Of a stretch of DNA of 64,000 nt, positions 61,443-64,000 are shown piece after piece (position 1 is the first letter of the stretch; each line of letters opens with the position of its first letter). Both the position numbers and the translations under genes were made by a program. The stretch is taken from NCBI RefSeq assembly GCF_009914755.1, contig NC_060944.1. One strand, written 5' to 3'. The notes below the pieces were generated by a model that worked only from the letters and a program-made list of their open reading frames with translations, did not search any database and was not told the origin of the DNA. This stretch comes from the human T2T-CHM13v2.0 reference genome, Homo sapiens.

Positions 61443-61555
61443 CTACTTCAAAGTGTGGCCCTTGGACTAGCAGCATCAGCATCTTCCAAGACCCTGTTAG
61501 AAATGCAGTGGACCCCATCTCAGACCTAATAAACTAGAATCTGCTTTACTACAAA
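61443..61555. mobile_element. MER5A-like fragment
   Basis: tcaaagtgtggccc...cagcagcatcagcatc...tgttagaaatgcag. Confidence 0.7.
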
Positions 61556-61664
61556 AAAAAAATTCCTTGCCTTAAGCTTCCTTCCTACCACATTTAGGGG
61601 GTTTTCTATTGGTCGGTGAGGTATTATTTCTGTAGTATTAATTTTCTGTGCATTCTTGTAGAAT

Positions 61665-61836
61665 TATTTTATTTATGTGTTTATTTTTAAGAGATAAGGT
61701 CTCATTTTGCTGCCCAAGCTGGAGTGCAATGGCACAATCATAGCTTACTGCAGCCTTGAATTCTGGGCTCGAGTGGTCCTCCCACCCCAGTCTCCCAAGT
61801 AGCTGGGACCATAGGTGTGTACCACCATGCCTGGCT
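61665..61836 (-). mobile_element. Alu monomer (FRAM / AluJ right arm)
   Basis: Single-arm reverse Alu; near-match flanks ctt(g/a)tagaat. Confidence 0.85.
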
Positions 61837-62299
61837 CTTATAGAATGTATAGAATGACTTTAGCTGGAGCATTAGTAGATATTTTTATATCACCTTTCAA
61901 AGTTATGTATCAGCTATGAAAGTCACCTTCTATTTATGGTAATATTGGTTTTCTACTTATGGTAGTGATGTCGAGTTTCCATTTAAAATATATTTATTTA
62001 AGTAAGAAAGCAACTAGATTTAATGGCATGTTTTAATTAAATACTAGCTGAACAGTCAAGGTGGTAAGCAAATAACTGATATTTGATGGAATGGGAAAAA
62101 TTAATTTCGAAACTTGTTCTGGCAGAAAAGGAACAAAATTAACTTTGAAACAGCATTTTGTCCAAGCTGAACTGGATGCTGTGAGATTTTTGTTTTTAAC
62201 TCTGAACCCCCTTACCTTATTCAGGTTTTGCTTTGGGAGGAGGAAGTTATAGGGAGTGAGTTATACTGAACCCTGGACAGTCTAGCATATCTCTGAAAG

Positions 62300-62492
62300 A
62301 GATATAAGTTTTGGAGTTAAGCCAAGCTGGGTTTGAAATCTGGTTTCTCCACTCACTGATTTGAAATCTTGTCTTCACTCAGACCTCAGTGTCATCATCT
62401 GTAAAATGGGTTAGCAGCTCTGGGAAGGTTTGTGGTAAGAAATAAACGAGGAAACGTTTGCAAATACTGAGCACGCAATCAATACTCGATAA
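62300..62492 (+). mobile_element. MIR SINE
   Basis: ctgggtttgaaatctgg...cctcagtgtcatcatctgtaaaatggg. Confidence 0.75.
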
Positions 62493-62810
62493 TCGGTGGC
62501 TGCCAGTATTACCTCCTTGTTTGATGTTCACGAGGAGCCTGGAGTTGGCGGTCATTCGGCTGCACGCCTCCTGGCTTTGTGGACAGTTATCTTGGAAGAA
62601 GAGTTGGGGGCTTGTGGCTGTTTCAGGTGTGTGTCCAGGCCGTGCTCAGCTAGCATGACTGCTGCATGTTGCACACTTTTTGTGCTTTTTACTTTTAATG
62701 CCTGTAAGAAAGCAACTCATTTTCTTCATTTGATGTGATTAATGGGTGTCCCTCGGAGAGGCCGCACCCGGGAGAAAGCGCTGACGCCTCCGACCCAGCT
62801 CCGCGCACAG

Positions 62811-62829
62811 CGGCGCCCCCTTCTGGCCC
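62811..62829 (-). promoter_or_regulatory. CTCF-binding motif (reverse orientation) in a small CpG-rich islet
   Basis: Minus strand reads GGGCCAGAAGGGGGCGCCG; the surrounding 62750-62875 retains many CpGs. Confidence 0.72.
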
Positions 62830-64000
62830 TCGTCCCGCCGGAGCTGCGCTTGCGTGAACAGCCCTCAAATGCGTGTTTGCCCTGCTGCACCTTTGTCCCA
62901 GACATTTGTAAGAAGTGTAGGATTAGAGTCACACTACCACACAGAGCATTTTTCCGCTTTCCTGTCGTGCCTGTAGATATACTTGCTCTGGATTTCCTTT
63001 GTCACAGAGAGCGCTAGTCATGGAGGCAGAACCACGTAGGAGATTTGCTCTTGGAAGGGCTGAACTGGCTGCTGCTGACTGCCTTATCTACTGATCAAGG
63101 CTCCCTGGCCACAGGAATGTGACCTTCCGACCACTGGCTGAACAGGGTCAGTGCAATCACGCCTCAAATGAGCTTTTGATGAGCCTAAATGGAAGGAATC
63201 TGCACAATACAGGTGTGCTGTGATATTCTAGGTTGGCCTTTGATGCTTGAGCTAAAGGACTTCATTTTAAAGTCCCTTGGTGGAGACAGTGAAAGGCTGG
63301 CAGAGGGATAGGATCTGGAAAAGATGCTTAATAGGCATTGCATTTTGTTAGTAATGATAATAATTTACATTTTAAAAAGTATTCAGATACAATATTATTA
63401 AATCTGTTTGTTTAAAACTAAGCTGATCATTAAAAAATCAGCTTTAACCCAATTAGATTTTTTTTCCAAGGGAGAGACTAAAACTCGAATATTATCACTG
63501 TAAGCAATCAAGAATTTTATTATGAAAACTGTCAAACACATAGCAAAGATGAAAGATTTCTACAGGAAACTGTTATACCCACTCTTTAAGTCCTGCTACC
63601 AACATGGTACTGTCCTTGCCCCATCGTATGTGTATCCATCTATCCAGAGAATGTGGGGATTTTATTTTGATTCACAAGCCTCAGAAATTAATTTTGACTT
63701 CTTAGAGTTCTTTTGCACCATTACTGTAAAACTATCCAGAATAACTTAAGATCATCTGATTAAATGTGTACTAGATAATAAAAATAAGAACAGTATAAAT
63801 ATTTCCAAAGAACAAAATTTAACCATCGCACAATTTCAGCCTCATCAGAATTCTGGATCTCAAATAGAATGCAGTTAACTCTTTGAAAATGGAATTGGAA
63901 GGGTCTGTCTCTTGATCTAGGGTCTGGTTCCATGGGTGTGTTCAGTTTGTGCAAATTTGTTAAGCTGTAGATTCAATAAGTAGTTTTATAAATAAACAAT

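Overview
Primate (almost certainly human) genomic DNA covering the PAX1 gene (recalled as 20p11.22) and about 50 kb of downstream intergenic sequence. PAX1 is on the + strand with 5 coding exons: 406-691, 1131-1760, 3251-3393, 3915-4137, and a last exon entered at 9164 or 9174. It encodes a paired domain and octapeptide but no homeodomain. The two last-exon acceptors are 10 nt apart and give 457-aa and 534-aa products in different frames. The gene body is CpG-island-rich and almost free of Alu/L1. Beyond about 14.8 kb the window is dominated by nested repeats: Alus, a near-full-length L1PB, a 5'-clipped L1PA inside Tigger3, old L1M fragments, MaLR and ERV LTRs, and MER/Tigger elements. It also holds two processed pseudogenes, a decayed SLC25A6 (ANT3) copy and an RPL41 copy with an intact ORF. 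I see no evidence of a new multi-gene system. The most interesting unexplained signals are: (1) a convergent CTCF-motif pair at 14.5 kb and 62.8 kb; (2) a composite old-LTR/LTR12 CpG-rich promoter-like islet; (3) a young-L1-like patch inside an older L1, possibly gene conversion; (4) a local direct-plus-inverted templated insertion; (5) an AT-rich palindromic array grown inside an Alu target-site duplication (TSD); (6) translational and splicing oddities of PAX1, namely an overlapping uORF, an intron-1 start, and a stop-free circularisable exon 2. Repeat subfamily names and pseudogene numbers come from recalled consensus sequences, not from a search.
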